A stretch of DNA of 64,000 nucleotides from a virus: positions 48,821 to 112,820 of IMG/VR virus record IMGVR_UViG_3300025012_000042; one strand, given 5' to 3'. Under the pieces are notes generated by a model. It was not told the origin of the DNA. It saw only the letters and a list, made by a program, of their open reading frames with translations, and ran no database searches. The position numbers and the translations under genes are program-made. Positions 1-8,878 of the stretch are shown piece after piece; position 1 is the first letter of the stretch, and the number at the start of each line of letters is the position of its first letter.

Positions 1-65
1 ATATTATAAAAATGAATTTGAAGTTGTTTAATCTTTAATTATTATCAATAAAGGAGGAAATACTC

Positions 66-257
66 ATAGATATTCTACTCTACAACTCCAAAGACGAAAT
101 AGTGACCGCATACACCTCTAACAATCCTAATTACCAAAACAATGATCAAATCACTATCAAAGGAAGCAATAAAAACTACAAAGTAGTTGATATCAATAAG
201 TATCATGTTATGGGAAGAGAACAGCATGTAGCATTGGAATTAAAAGTTATTAAATAA
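66..257 (+). CDS. hypothetical 63-aa protein with non-canonical ATA start
   Basis: Strong RBS AAGGAGG 8 nt before ATA; frame open to TAA at 255-257; absent from the ORF track. Confidence 0.45.
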   Translation: MDILLYNSKDEIVTAYTSNNPNYQNNDQITIKGSNKNYKVVDINKYHVMGREQHVALELKVIK

Positions 258-298
258 ATCATAAGTAATAAATCATAAAATAATATAGAAGAAAGGGT

Positions 299-496
299 GT
301 GAATATTATGGATAAAGACGAACGTGTTACCTGTACAGATTGTGTTAATTGGGATAAATTAAAAAAGAGGTTAGAAAACTACTTTAGTTGTAATACTGCA
401 CTATGTTTTCGATGTCCTTGTAATAATTGTAGTTGCTATGATCCCACCAGTACCAGAAGATTTGAACATAGGCCAATGTTTGTAAGAAAAGATTGA
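299..496 (+). CDS. small Cys-rich hypothetical protein
   Basis: ORF track; CxxC motifs; purine-rich RBS. Confidence 0.6.
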   Translation: MNIMDKDERVTCTDCVNWDKLKKRLENYFSCNTALCFRCPCNNCSCYDPTSTRRFEHRPMFVRKD

Positions 497-613
497 TGTT
501 GTTACATAAACATAAATTTTCAAAACGAAGTGAAATAAGCAATAGAAAAATACAGTTATTATTTCATTTTGTTAATATTTATGAAATAAATAAATAAAAG
601 GAGTGTAATTAAT

Positions 614-808
614 ATGAGAAATCATGTAAATATATTAAATAAAGAAATTTTAACAAATGAGGAATTATCTCAAAAACATTATGAAAGAATGATGGAATTC
701 TTGATTGCAGATTTTGAAGGTAAAGATTTTAACGAATGCGATGTAATTCTTAGACAGATTATTAAGGTTGCTTATGATCTATTAAATGAACCTGATGTTA
801 TGAAGTAG
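614..808 (+). CDS. hypothetical protein
   Basis: ORF with RBS AAGGAG. Confidence 0.6.
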   Translation: MRNHVNILNKEILTNEELSQKHYERMMEFLIADFEGKDFNECDVILRQIIKVAYDLLNEPDVMK

Positions 809-924
809 AAATGATTTGTGAGCGACAGAATGGCATGTAGGTTGATTTAGAAATTTGTTATGGTGGAATTGTTTATGCATGTTTATGAAGGCTGAGACAA
901 GGCAAATTAGAGGAGGAATATATT

Positions 925-1260
925 ATGAAAGAATTTGATTTAGAATGGTTTAATTCAAAAACATTGAATAAACAAATATCTATTGAATCAGTACATACGG
1001 AAGATGGTCTACTTGGAATAAAACTTTTTGATCTAATTGTAAATGATTGTGCATTAGAATCAGCAAAATATTGGAATGGTTATTTACTTAAAATTAATGA
1101 TGGAAGTATAAATATTTATTTTAGTGAATGTGAGCAAAGTAAGGCTGAAGAATGTAGCCATGTATTACAAATGTTTAGAGAAGGAGAATTGGTGGCAGAT
1201 ATTTTATTACCAGATGGAGATTGTTGGGATGATAGGGAAGTAGGGTTTGTTCAGTATTGA
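925..1260 (+). CDS. hypothetical protein
   Basis: ORF with RBS GAGGAGG. Confidence 0.7.
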   Translation: MKEFDLEWFNSKTLNKQISIESVHTEDGLLGIKLFDLIVNDCALESAKYWNGYLLKINDGSINIYFSECEQSKAEECSHVLQMFREGELVADILLPDGDCWDDREVGFVQY

Positions 1261-1268
1261 TTATTAAA

Positions 1269-1297
1269 TTGACTTTGTGTATAAAGTAATATATAAT
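1269..1297 (+). promoter_or_regulatory. SigA-type promoter
   Basis: TTGACT-17 bp-TATAAT upstream of the 1338 operon. Confidence 0.7.
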
Positions 1298-1337
1298 ATT
1301 ATTAGTTGGAATACATATAAAATAAATTGTAGAGGAG

Positions 1338-1844
1338 GTGAAAATTATAGCAAAGGGAAAATCATTGTTATCACAAACATCAAGTAAACCTAAGAAAGAA
1401 AATAAATATGGCGAAGTATCATCTATAGTAAAAGAATATGAATTTAATGTAGATGATAGAGTTGTATTTTTAGGATTGGTTAGTGACTATAGATGTTTAG
1501 AATGTACTGTTGTGAAAAGAACTATGAAAAAGAAGACAACAGATTATTATGTTGTAAAATTCGATGACGGAAAGATTATTGAATCTGTTGTTTATGGGTT
1601 TTTAAGAACTCCTGAACAATATGAATTGGAGTTAGAAGAGCAAAAAAATAAAAAAGAGGATGGTCATAGTGATTTACCTGAAATTGAGTTAGAAATGATT
1701 AAACAAGGGATAGAGAGTCATAAGAACTATCACTCTTGTCTATCGCCATTAAATTTCCACCATATGGATTGTGATTCCTGTACTTATAAGTCAAAATGTG
1801 TATATGAGAATAAATTTGACTATAAAAAAGCAAAGTATAATTAA
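1338..1844 (+). CDS. hypothetical protein with C-terminal Cys cluster
   Basis: ORF track; first gene of the nucleotide-metabolism run. Confidence 0.7.
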   Translation: MKIIAKGKSLLSQTSSKPKKENKYGEVSSIVKEYEFNVDDRVVFLGLVSDYRCLECTVVKRTMKKKTTDYYVVKFDDGKIIESVVYGFLRTPEQYELELEEQKNKKEDGHSDLPEIELEMIKQGIESHKNYHSCLSPLNFHHMDCDSCTYKSKCVYENKFDYKKAKYN

Positions 1845-1858
1845 GAGAGGAAGATTAT

Positions 1859-2602
1859 ATGCAAGTAACATTATTAAATCCAGATCAAATTAAAAACATC
1901 TTTAAATCATGGGGAGAATTCGCAGCTACTTGCTACGACACACCACAAGAATTTGCTGAAAAAGTAGGGAATTCATGCTATCAAGATGAACATTATAGTG
2001 GCAGTAGAACTGAATATATTAAGTTCAAAATTGAAGGTGTAGATAGAGGTGTGAGCGAGCAAGTTATGCGTCATGAAATTGGTGTCAGATATAATTTTAT
2101 TGACGATAATACATATGATGAAAATCCAATGAATATTGTAAAGAATCTTAAATCTTTTAGATATGTTGATATGGAGAATTTTGATTATACAATTCCTAAA
2201 ACAATTGAAAGTATTCCTGAAGCATTAAATAAATATAATAAATTAATGGAGTATATAAATACAGAAAGAATTCAAATTAAAGATATTCTAGTAAAAAATA
2301 ATATCAATGAAAAACAAGCAATAGAAGATGCAAATTATTCTCTACCAAGAGCTACAAATACTTCACTTGTTATTGCTTTTACATTGGAAGCATTTATTCA
2401 TTATCTACATAAAAGATTATGTACAAGAACACAATATTTTCATAGACAAATTGCAAAATTAATGAGAAATTCTGTATTAGAAATATTGCCTCAAGTAAAA
2501 GATAGATTAGTGGCACAATGTGAATACTTATTATGGTGTCCAGAGGGTAATAGGTGTTGTGGTAAATATCCTACTAAGGAAATGTTATTGAAAGGAGAAT
2601 AA
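1859..2602 (+). CDS. thyX: FAD-dependent thymidylate synthase ThyX
   Basis: AATCY, F-x-IEGVDR, QVMRH...SFRY, LPRAT, RLCTRTQ and C-terminal CPEG motifs typical of ThyX. Confidence 0.85.
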   Translation: MQVTLLNPDQIKNIFKSWGEFAATCYDTPQEFAEKVGNSCYQDEHYSGSRTEYIKFKIEGVDRGVSEQVMRHEIGVRYNFIDDNTYDENPMNIVKNLKSFRYVDMENFDYTIPKTIESIPEALNKYNKLMEYINTERIQIKDILVKNNINEKQAIEDANYSLPRATNTSLVIAFTLEAFIHYLHKRLCTRTQYFHRQIAKLMRNSVLEILPQVKDRLVAQCEYLLWCPEGNRCCGKYPTKEMLLKGE

Positions 2603-2606
2603 ATAA

Positions 2607-3128
2607 GTGGATATAATAATTTTTGGTCAAATGGGTGCAGGTAAAAGCACTGTAGCAAATTACTTAAGAGATAAATATGGTTACTCTAAATTCTCTCTTG
2701 GTGCAAAAATTCACTCTGAATGTGAACTATATAATAAACACGATAGGCAACATATGCAAAAATATGGACAAATGATGCGAGAAATATTTGGAATTAATAT
2801 TTGGTGTGATTATGTTAAAAATCAAAGCACCAATACAGATAAAGTAGTTATTGATGACGCTAGACAACTTAATGAATATGATTATTTTGAAGGTTTTGGG
2901 TATCTAACAGTAGCAGTTATAGCAGACGACAACAAAAGAATAGAAAGACTTAATAAAAGAGTTAATTATGTAATTGATCCTAATACTTTTAATCACGAAA
3001 CAGAAGTTCAGGCTAGAGCATGTATTAATAAGTGCAAAATAACTATATATAATAATTCGGATGATTTAAAAGAATTAATAGAAGCAATTGAATTCAAATT
3101 AGGTGAATATTTAGGAGGTAAAATTTAA
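2607..3128 (+). CDS. deoxynucleoside monophosphate kinase-like P-loop protein
   Basis: GQMGAGKST Walker A; VVIDDARQLNE; HETE. Confidence 0.75.
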   Translation: MDIIIFGQMGAGKSTVANYLRDKYGYSKFSLGAKIHSECELYNKHDRQHMQKYGQMMREIFGINIWCDYVKNQSTNTDKVVIDDARQLNEYDYFEGFGYLTVAVIADDNKRIERLNKRVNYVIDPNTFNHETEVQARACINKCKITIYNNSDDLKELIEAIEFKLGEYLGGKI

Positions 3129-3551
3129 ATGTATACATATCTTGCTGGAGCATTAACCGTACATCATAGAAACAATGAATTCTATAAGGCTACAGATTGG
3201 AGGGATAAATTAGGTGCTTGGGCCTATGAAAATTCAGTAAAAGTATTTAATCCTTGTATTAATTTTCTAAGAGAAATTAATCATACATACGATCCTAAAA
3301 TTGTGGTTGACCAAAACAATTACTATATTAATAAATGTGACATCTGTATTGTGTGTCTAGATGCTATAGATTATAGCCCTGGTACTATCTTTGAACTAAC
3401 TAGATTTAGAGAACTAGGAAAGCCTGTCATTGCCTTTGGAGTTAAACATTGGAGCCCTCATATCAATAGTTGTATTTCAAATCAATGTGAGACACTTGAT
3501 GACGCTATTGAACTAATTGAAAATATGTTTGATCAGGGTAGTTGGGATTAA
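3129..3551 (+). CDS. nucleoside 2-deoxyribosyltransferase-like / nucleotide N-glycosidase
   Basis: YLAG, FNP, CDICIV, SPGTIFE and KPVI motifs. Confidence 0.75.
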   Translation: MYTYLAGALTVHHRNNEFYKATDWRDKLGAWAYENSVKVFNPCINFLREINHTYDPKIVVDQNNYYINKCDICIVCLDAIDYSPGTIFELTRFRELGKPVIAFGVKHWSPHINSCISNQCETLDDAIELIENMFDQGSWD

Positions 3552-3601
3552 TACAATACAATAATAAATAAAATACAAACACAAAGGAGATAAGATAAAC
3601 T

Positions 3602-4039
3602 ATGACATATTACTCAGATATAATTTGTAACCTGTGTCCAAGAATTGAGTCATGTGAATTTCCATGTAATAAATATACTGATTATATGCACAACCAATCA
3701 TTAAAAAATAATAATATTAGCGAGAGATATGAAGATATACATAGTGAATCAATTACAAAAATTTCATATGAATGTGATGACATTGAAAATTTTATGGAAT
3801 TTAGCGTTGGAGATCCAGAATATTTACAAATTTGCAATGGTTTAATTTCTCCAATTCAAGCAATAGATTTTAGTAAATTGCGTCAATATATGATTGAAAA
3901 GAATGAAGAATATTCTAAAGATTATGGGTTGTGTGAAACTTGTCATAGTGAATTACAAGAAATTAAGGAGTCAAGAGGGGAACACTTTGGTAGAGAAAGT
4001 TTTGAAAGAATAATGATTTGTACTCGTTGTGGAGAATAA
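3602..4039 (+). CDS. Cys-rich hypothetical protein (Zn ribbons)
   Basis: CNLC, CETC, CTRC; RBS AAGGAG. Confidence 0.65.
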   Translation: MTYYSDIICNLCPRIESCEFPCNKYTDYMHNQSLKNNNISERYEDIHSESITKISYECDDIENFMEFSVGDPEYLQICNGLISPIQAIDFSKLRQYMIEKNEEYSKDYGLCETCHSELQEIKESRGEHFGRESFERIMICTRCGE

Positions 4040-4075
4040 TATATAAATTTTAAATTAAGAAAGAAGGAATTAACA

Positions 4076-4429
4076 ATGGCAAAGATTAAACAATTCTGTA
4101 ATAAAAACAAAAACAATAAGAATATTAAATATCAAGTGAGATTTGGAGTTAATCTATTTGAAGAAGGCAAATCGGGAGTATTTGGAAAACCTACATTTCT
4201 TAAAACAATTGAGGAAGCAAAGAAAGAAGTATTTGAGACATATAATACTGCAATTAAAGATATGTTTCCTGATGCAGAATGTGGTGAATTAATTATGGTT
4301 AGTGATTTAAAATGCGATTGTGGATGTAATTATGAATCTGCTAAGTATGAGGATGGGACTGAGTTGATTGGTAGGATGGAGATAGAATTTGAGGGAGGAG
4401 AAGGGTATGTTGAGATTGTGAAGGGATGA
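4076..4429 (+). CDS. hypothetical protein
   Basis: ORF with RBS GAAGGA. Confidence 0.65.
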   Translation: MAKIKQFCNKNKNNKNIKYQVRFGVNLFEEGKSGVFGKPTFLKTIEEAKKEVFETYNTAIKDMFPDAECGELIMVSDLKCDCGCNYESAKYEDGTELIGRMEIEFEGGEGYVEIVKG

Positions 4430-4464
4430 TTAACAAATATAATAATATAATGTTTTAATAAGTT

Positions 4465-4490
4465 AAGGATGCTGAATGGCATCCTTCTTT
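4465..4490 (+). terminator. intrinsic terminator
   Basis: AAGGATGC-6 nt-GCATCCTT followed by CTTT. Confidence 0.6.
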
Positions 4491-4520
4491 AAAATTTCTA
4501 AATTAATAAATAATATTTGT

Positions 4521-4549
4521 TTGACATATAATATAATTTATGATATAAT
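4521..4549 (+). promoter_or_regulatory. consensus SigA promoter with extended -10
   Basis: TTGACA-17 bp-TATAAT with TG. Confidence 0.8.
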
Positions 4550-4590
4550 ATTAGTGGGTAGGTTTAATATTTATAGAAGGAGGGTTAGAT

Positions 4591-6126
4591 ATGTTAATTA
4601 GTAAAACAGTAATAATTAAATGGCATAATAAGACTAAAAAATGGTATGAGAATAAAGGTTACATATATACTCACAATGGTGACGAATTTGAAGTTAAAGT
4701 GGAAGATTTACAAGATGGATCTCACGCATTGGTAGATGTGCAATGTGACGAATGTGGAGAAATATTAAAGGGAAAGAAATGGCAAAGTTACAAAAGACAC
4801 GTGAAAGAAGATGGTAAATATTATTGTAGTCCATGTGCATCACGATTATATGGGGGAGAAATAACCAGGAAAATAAAACTGTCAAAAAGTAAATCATTTA
4901 AACAATGGTGCTACTTGAATCTTTCAAAAGAATTAGCAATATGGACGTTATCTAGATGGGATTATGAATTAAATATCGATAAAGATGGTAACGTAATATT
5001 GCCTGATGATGTAAGTTACGGTTCTGACAAAGGGTATTGGTTTAAATGTCTTGATCGTCCTGAACATGGATCAGAATTAAAGAGCATTCATAGTTTTACA
5101 AATGGTCGAGAAAAAAGTATTAATTGCATTAAATGCAATTCAATTTCAATTACACATCCATTGGCTGTTAAATATTTGGCGAATCCAGAAGACGCATTAA
5201 AATATTCTCATAGTTCAATGGTTGAAGTTATTACAAAATGCCCAGAATGTGGTCATGAAAAATCAATGGATATTAACCGTTTAATAAATAAGGGGTTTAG
5301 TTGTTCTGTTTGCTCATCTGGGTATTACCCAGAAAAATTTGTATTTAACATGTTAAAACAATTAAATACAAATTTTCAAACACAATTATCTAAAAAAACA
5401 TTTAAATGGTGCGATAAATATAAATATGACAACTACATAAATAAAATAAATTGTATTATAGAAACTCACGGGATTCAACACTATGAAGATTCTACTGGTA
5501 ATTGGATGAAATTGTGTGAAGTCCAAAAAAATGACAGGAATAAAGAGGAATTGGCTAAAAACAACGATATTGAAAATTACATTGTAATTGATTGTCGTAA
5601 GTCAGATATGGAATGGATTAAAAAAAGTATTATGAATTCTGAATTACCCAAGTTGTTAGATTTTAAAGATGATGATGTAAATTGGCTAGAATGTCATGAG
5701 TATGGTTGTAAAAGCTCTGTAAAATTAGTTTGTATTGAGTGGCATGGCGAAGTTAATAATATTTTAAATATAGAAAATAAATTAAAAATAAGTAGAAGTG
5801 CGGTAATAAATTACTTGAAACAAGGAACTAAACTAGGATGGTGTATACCTCCCTACAATCCCAAGCAAGAACAAGAAAAAAGAATTGAATTAATGAAAAA
5901 GAAAATTAGTAAAAAGGTAATATGCTTAACTACAAAGGAGATATTTAATAGTATATCGGAAGCGACAATAAAAAATAATTTACGCAATAGTAGTGGTATA
6001 TCTCAATGCTGTTTAAACAAAAGGAAATCATCTGGAAAACATTTAGAAACAAATGAACCGTTAAGATGGATGTATCATGATGAGTATTTAGAAACACAAA
6101 ATCAAGAACTTCTCCCATTACAATAA
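4591..6126 (+). CDS. multi-Zn-ribbon PD-(D/E)XK-type putative homing endonuclease with NUMOD-like C-terminus
   Basis: Repeated CxxC; YDNYINKINCIIETHGIQHY nuclease-like motif; KKVICLTTKEIFNSISEA C-terminal motif. Confidence 0.65.
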   Translation: MLISKTVIIKWHNKTKKWYENKGYIYTHNGDEFEVKVEDLQDGSHALVDVQCDECGEILKGKKWQSYKRHVKEDGKYYCSPCASRLYGGEITRKIKLSKSKSFKQWCYLNLSKELAIWTLSRWDYELNIDKDGNVILPDDVSYGSDKGYWFKCLDRPEHGSELKSIHSFTNGREKSINCIKCNSISITHPLAVKYLANPEDALKYSHSSMVEVITKCPECGHEKSMDINRLINKGFSCSVCSSGYYPEKFVFNMLKQLNTNFQTQLSKKTFKWCDKYKYDNYINKINCIIETHGIQHYEDSTGNWMKLCEVQKNDRNKEELAKNNDIENYIVIDCRKSDMEWIKKSIMNSELPKLLDFKDDDVNWLECHEYGCKSSVKLVCIEWHGEVNNILNIENKLKISRSAVINYLKQGTKLGWCIPPYNPKQEQEKRIELMKKKISKKVICLTTKEIFNSISEATIKNNLRNSSGISQCCLNKRKSSGKHLETNEPLRWMYHDEYLETQNQELLPLQ

Positions 6127-6863
6127 TGATAATTAAAGTAAGCACTTTCTCCGGAAACAAAATCTCTAAGTATTTTCTTTACAAAACCAAAAGGATTCTT
6201 AATATGGAATTTTGCATTGAATAATGTATCTAAAGCACTTTTTAATTGATCTGCATTAGCATTGACCTCTCTTAATATTTTAGTTACAGTAATTGCAAAA
6301 TCTGAATCTGGGTCTATCCGAGAATCTCCAAGAGTTTTTATGATAGACCAATCATTTTCTTGATTCCAAAATTCTTCTTTTACAGGTTCATTTTCTGATT
6401 TAACCATACATACATCTTTAAATATTGTTGTATTAGGTGTAATGATAGGGACATCTAGGGAAACTTCTTGGACATCTTGTCTTTTTTTATCCACAGGTTT
6501 AGAGGGGATAGGAACACCTAATAATTTATACAAAACATCTAAATCAATTCTATAGGATTTTCCATGATACCAATCTTTAGATTCAAATTGTTTAGATATT
6601 AAAACTTTCTTATTCTCTAAATCTTTAATTGCTCTTTGAATTGTCTTAGTAGATTTGTTAAGTTCTAAGGCCCACTGATCTACTGTCTTATAAACCCATA
6701 AGAAACCATCTCTATACTTGGTTGCTCTATTCATCCAATACTTCAAACGCGACAATAATTCTGCTTGGGTCTGCCCAAAAACATTAACAACAGTAGGTTG
6801 AACAACAATTGGTAATTCATTTTCTAAAATAAGATCCATCTGATTAAAACCTTCTTTCAGCAT
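6102..6863 (-). CDS. replication initiator protein (winged helix); likely start ATG at 6839
   Basis: LKYW...DGFLWVYKT..QW...KTIQRAIKDLE motif of phage/plasmid Rep proteins; internal TTATCCACA at 6487-6495; DnaA boxes upstream. Confidence 0.7.
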   Translation of the reverse strand: MLKEGFNQMDLILENELPIVVQPTVVNVFGQTQAELLSRLKYWMNRATKYRDGFLWVYKTVDQWALELNKSTKTIQRAIKDLENKKVLISKQFESKDWYHGKSYRIDLDVLYKLLGVPIPSKPVDKKRQDVQEVSLDVPIITPNTTIFKDVCMVKSENEPVKEEFWNQENDWSIIKTLGDSRIDPDSDFAITVTKILREVNANADQLKSALDTLFNAKFHIKNPFGFVKKILRDFVSGESAYFNYHYCNGRSS

Positions 6864-6889
6864 TTTTCGAATAGCAATGCTGAAGACTG

Positions 6890-7001
6890 TTTACAAATTT
6901 TTAAAATCATGCTAAAATGACTTAAAGAATTTAATACGAGTCTTCGTGGTCTCCTACTAGATGTTGTGTCGGCAAAACTTAGCATCTAATAGGAGATTTT
7001 T
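6890..7001 (+). ncRNA. putative counter-transcribed RNA 1 antisense to the rep leader (promoter included)
   Basis: TTTACA(6890)-17-TAAAAT(6913) with TG; terminator TCTCCTACTAGATG...CATCTAATAGGAGA-TTTTT (6950-7001); no ORF. Confidence 0.55.
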
Positions 7002-7036
7002 CATTACCTATTCAATTTGATTAATATTAACTCAAT

Positions 7037-7081
7037 AAAAAAGTTAGTAGCACGTACATCTCTGCACCAACTACTAACTTT
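7037..7081 (-). terminator. attenuator-like terminator inside the rep leader
   Basis: 11-bp stem AAAGTTAGTAG/CTACTAACTTT with a U-run on the minus strand. Confidence 0.6.
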
Positions 7082-7113
7082 GAAATCCTTAATCTAATTT
7101 ATTATCCAAAGAC

Positions 7114-7225
7114 TTGATTTTCTCACAGTCTTTGTTTATAATAATCTCAAGAACTTAAAGCTTAATGTTGGTTCAGAACATTTTGCTAGAAAACACTTGA
7201 TCTTTGCAAGAGGTCAGGTGTTTTT
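7114..7225 (+). ncRNA. putative counter-transcribed RNA 2 (promoter included)
   Basis: TTGATT(7114)-17-TATAAT(7137); terminator AAAACACTTGA...TCAGGTGTTTTT (7190-7225). Confidence 0.55.
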
Positions 7226-7267
7226 GAATTTATTGAGTTAATTTGATTTTTGATTTGTTAGAGTTAT

Positions 7268-7297
7268 ATATTCGACAGGTTGATACAATTCTCCTTC
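7268..7297 (-). promoter_or_regulatory. putative SigH promoter for rep, overlapping a 0A box
   Basis: Minus strand AGGA-18 nt-GAAT (AAGGAGAATTGTATCAACCTGTCGAATAT); TGTCGAA at 7271-7277. Confidence 0.5.
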
Positions 7298-7309
7298 TAA
7301 GAAGAAAAA

Positions 7310-7389
7310 TTATCCACAGGTAATAGTATATATCATAATTTCCTTTGTGGATAGATAGTCTTCGACAAAATTTATCCACATGTTGATAA
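7310..7389. other. putative replication origin: DnaA-box cluster
   Basis: TTATCCACA at 7310-7318 and 7372-7380; one-mismatch boxes TGTGGATAG 7346-7354 and TGTTGATAA 7381-7389; TTCGACA at 7361-7367. Confidence 0.65.
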
Positions 7390-7412
7390 GTGTTCAGGTC
7401 GGACAATAAAAC

Positions 7413-7461
7413 AAAAAATAAGCCACACTCAGATACAATTAAGTATTCTGGTGTGGCTTAT
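7413..7461 (-). terminator. intrinsic terminator
   Basis: TAAGCCACAC...GTGTGGCTTA stem with minus-strand U-run after the 7464 ORF. Confidence 0.7.
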
Positions 7462-7463
7462 AA

Positions 7464-7763
7464 CTATTTCCTATTAGATTCAATCATATCTGCTAAAAGT
7501 TGCACTCTTTTACTTGCTTCTTTCTTTCCTATACTCTGTTCCCATTCATCATAGGTAGTATTATCTAAATCTAATCCCATTATTTTTCTAAACATTTCAT
7601 GGAGACATTCTGTTAATAAACCACTAACATCTCGATCTGTTTTTTCGGCTACTTCAAACAATACCTTCATTTCTAAACTATCAGCAGATAACATAAATTC
7701 AGGAAAATCATTGTTTTCGCAATGTACAGGTATGAATTTATACGGTCTACTTTTTAAATCCAC
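7464..7763 (-). CDS. hypothetical protein
   Basis: RBS AAGGAG, GTG start. Confidence 0.6.
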   Translation of the reverse strand: MDLKSRPYKFIPVHCENNDFPEFMLSADSLEMKVLFEVAEKTDRDVSGLLTECLHEMFRKIMGLDLDNTTYDEWEQSIGKKEASKRVQLLADMIESNRK

Positions 7764-7824
7764 TTACTTCAACTCCTTTATATAAAATATATTAGCATTG
7801 AATATCCTTAAAGTCCACATGCTT

Positions 7825-8646
7825 TCACCTAACATTCACTGGCAACCATATTTTCTCCTTAACCTCTATTCTTTCAATTTCTCTTTTCATCTCATTAATC
7901 CTATTATCGCATTCATCTTTCATTTCTTGTCTCATTACCCTTAATTCCAATACATGACTTTCTCTCAATTCACTAATTTCCTTAATTCTATCTTGTTTTA
8001 ACTCAACTAATTGTCCTTCTAAAAACACCGATCTATTCTCTGATTCTTTTAATTGAAGTTGCAAATATTTATTAGAGTCTTCCATCTCGCCGATAGAAAG
8101 TTCCAATTCATCTACCGACCCAATTCTTTTCTTCATCTCATCATTTTCTAATCTTAATGTTTCTATTAAATAATTTGAGTTATTATGTCCGGCCTCTAAT
8201 TCAATATTCCTTTTGGATAAAGTCTCCGACTTATCTTCTGCTTCTTTTTTAGCTTTATCAGAATCTTTTTTGCTATTTTCAGCAATATCAATTCTTTCTC
8301 TTAGAGAATCTAAAGTGGTTTTAAAATCATTTGTTAATGTTTGAACTGTCTCCATATGGAATCTTTTCTGATCAGCTTCACTCCTGGTAATCTCAGTAAA
8401 CATTTGAACTATGCGTTCTACATGCTCTTTCATTTTCAACATGTTTGGAGTTATAAGTTCGGATATTCCACCCGATTCTGATTCTAATTGATCTTTCTTT
8501 AATCTGATTACATCAAGCAATAAGTCTTTTGATGTTAAACCTGTGCGGGTTTGAAGTGAGGCCCATTCATTTTTACCATCTTCGTTGTCTAATCTGATTG
8601 AAAGGGAGGATGGAGATGGTTTTCTAGTATCTTCTGATTCATTCAT
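7825..8646 (-). CDS. coiled-coil protein with putative N-terminal DNA-binding domain (KfrA-like)
   Basis: SLSIRL ribbon-helix-helix-like start, long heptad-rich region; lies between rep and parM. Confidence 0.5.
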   Translation of the reverse strand: MNESEDTRKPSPSSLSIRLDNEDGKNEWASLQTRTGLTSKDLLLDVIRLKKDQLESESGGISELITPNMLKMKEHVERIVQMFTEITRSEADQKRFHMETVQTLTNDFKTTLDSLRERIDIAENSKKDSDKAKKEAEDKSETLSKRNIELEAGHNNSNYLIETLRLENDEMKKRIGSVDELELSIGEMEDSNKYLQLQLKESENRSVFLEGQLVELKQDRIKEISELRESHVLELRVMRQEMKDECDNRINEMKREIERIEVKEKIWLPVNVR

Positions 8647-8676
8647 GATTTGGTGCCTCCTTTGAGATTATGATAA

Positions 8677-8773
8677 TGTATACATTTTAGGTAGTTATAA
8701 TGGTACGTATACACATGTATACACGTAAACTTTTGTATACATTGATTATAGCATAAAATGGTAAGGTGAGCAA
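8677..8773 (-). promoter_or_regulatory. promoter (TTGCTC-17-TATAAT) with a TGTATACA palindrome array
   Basis: TGTATACA at 8677, 8716 and 8734; CGTATACA at 8706; all downstream of the promoter. Confidence 0.55.
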
Positions 8774-8789
8774 GATGTATAAAAATGTG

Positions 8790-8858
8790 TTGCAAAGTAT
8801 GGGGTATGACTATATAATATCCATAAAGGTAAATACCCCATACTTTATAGTGGGGTAT
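8790..8858 (+). promoter_or_regulatory. parM promoter with parC/operator repeats
   Basis: TTGCAA-17-TATAAT; AAAGTATGGGGTAT (8794-8807), its perfect inverse (8833-8846) and TGGGGTAT (8851-8858). Confidence 0.7.
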
Positions 8859-8878
8859 AATATGAAGGAGGAATATTT

